From positions 1 through 24,822 of the IMG/VR virus record IMGVR_UViG_3300031963_015219: 24,822 bases of DNA; one strand, given 5' to 3'. Made by a program: the position numbers and the translations under genes. This document shows positions 24,603-24,822 of the stretch, piece by piece. Every line of letters begins with the position of its first letter. Position 1 is the first letter of the stretch. A model generated the notes under the pieces. That model saw only the letters and a program-made list of their open reading frames with translations. It made no database searches and was not told the DNA's origin. This DNA is from a virus (lineage: Duplodnaviria > Caudoviricetes).

Positions 24603-24822
24603 GGCGCTGCAATCCATGGCCGCTTCACTGCGGGGACTGGTGGATCGCGGCGGAATGCTTCCGAAGCAGGCGTCCGAAAGCTCACTGCTTTCCGTCGAGG
24701 ATGGCATCGGCGTGGTCGCCATCGAAGGCCCGATTCTTCGCAAGCCCGATCTGTTCGCCCGTATCTTCTTCGGCGCTACCAGTTCCGAAGAGATCGGCGA
24801 CGCGATTCGGGAAGCCGCGGGA
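24559..24822 (+). CDS. S49 family prohead protease, partial (runs off the window)
   Basis: Hand translation from GTG 24559: MSPVIQNREWLIQPEAL...DGIGVVAIEGPILRK...GATSSEEIGDAIREAAG; follows the portal. Confidence 0.75.
   Translation, partial: MSPVIQNREWLIQPEALQSMAASLRGLVDRGGMLPKQASESSLLSVEDGIGVVAIEGPILRKPDLFARIFFGATSSEEIGDAIREAAG

Larger units (their letters stand above)
1..24822. mobile_element. Temperate phage/prophage segment (immunity, replication, accessory, modification, packaging and head genes); extends beyond the window
   Basis: Divergent regulators, replication block, GpA-type terminase, lambda-type portal and S49 protease in lambdoid order, with many ATGA overlaps. No integrase or att seen. 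Confidence 0.93.

Overview
This GC-rich window (roughly 60% by eye) reads as part of a lambdoid-organised temperate phage or prophage. No integrase, att site or host gene is visible. From left to right: (1) a leftward operon with a ribbon-helix-helix (RHH) repressor-like gene, a DUF6932-like nucleotidyltransferase and a 355-aa partner; (2) a divergent small RHH gene, then a recombination/replication block (Sak4-like AAA_24 ATPase, Cas4-like nuclease, DUF669 SSB, SF2 helicase, PriCT-primase-AAA_25 helicase) followed by an origin-like cluster of repeats and hairpins; (3) HTH and LmbU-like regulators, a degenerate tRNA-Met(CAT) and a small PD-(D/E)XK nuclease; (4) a divergent accessory island of small genes (amidoligase, amber-interrupted DUF2786 gene, clamp-loader-like AAA+) carrying three copies of a CATGGAC-N15-GGCAGAT motif; (5) a ParB / ParB-ParB-methyltransferase / HAD / CmoA module coupled to the terminase genes; (6) terminase, lysis genes, head-tail adaptor, lambda-type portal and the start of an S49 protease. 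The best candidate for a new system is module 5, inferred to be a packaging-linked DNA carboxymethylation system that uses carboxy-SAM and a non-C5 transferase. All family calls come from motif recognition by eye, with no database searches.
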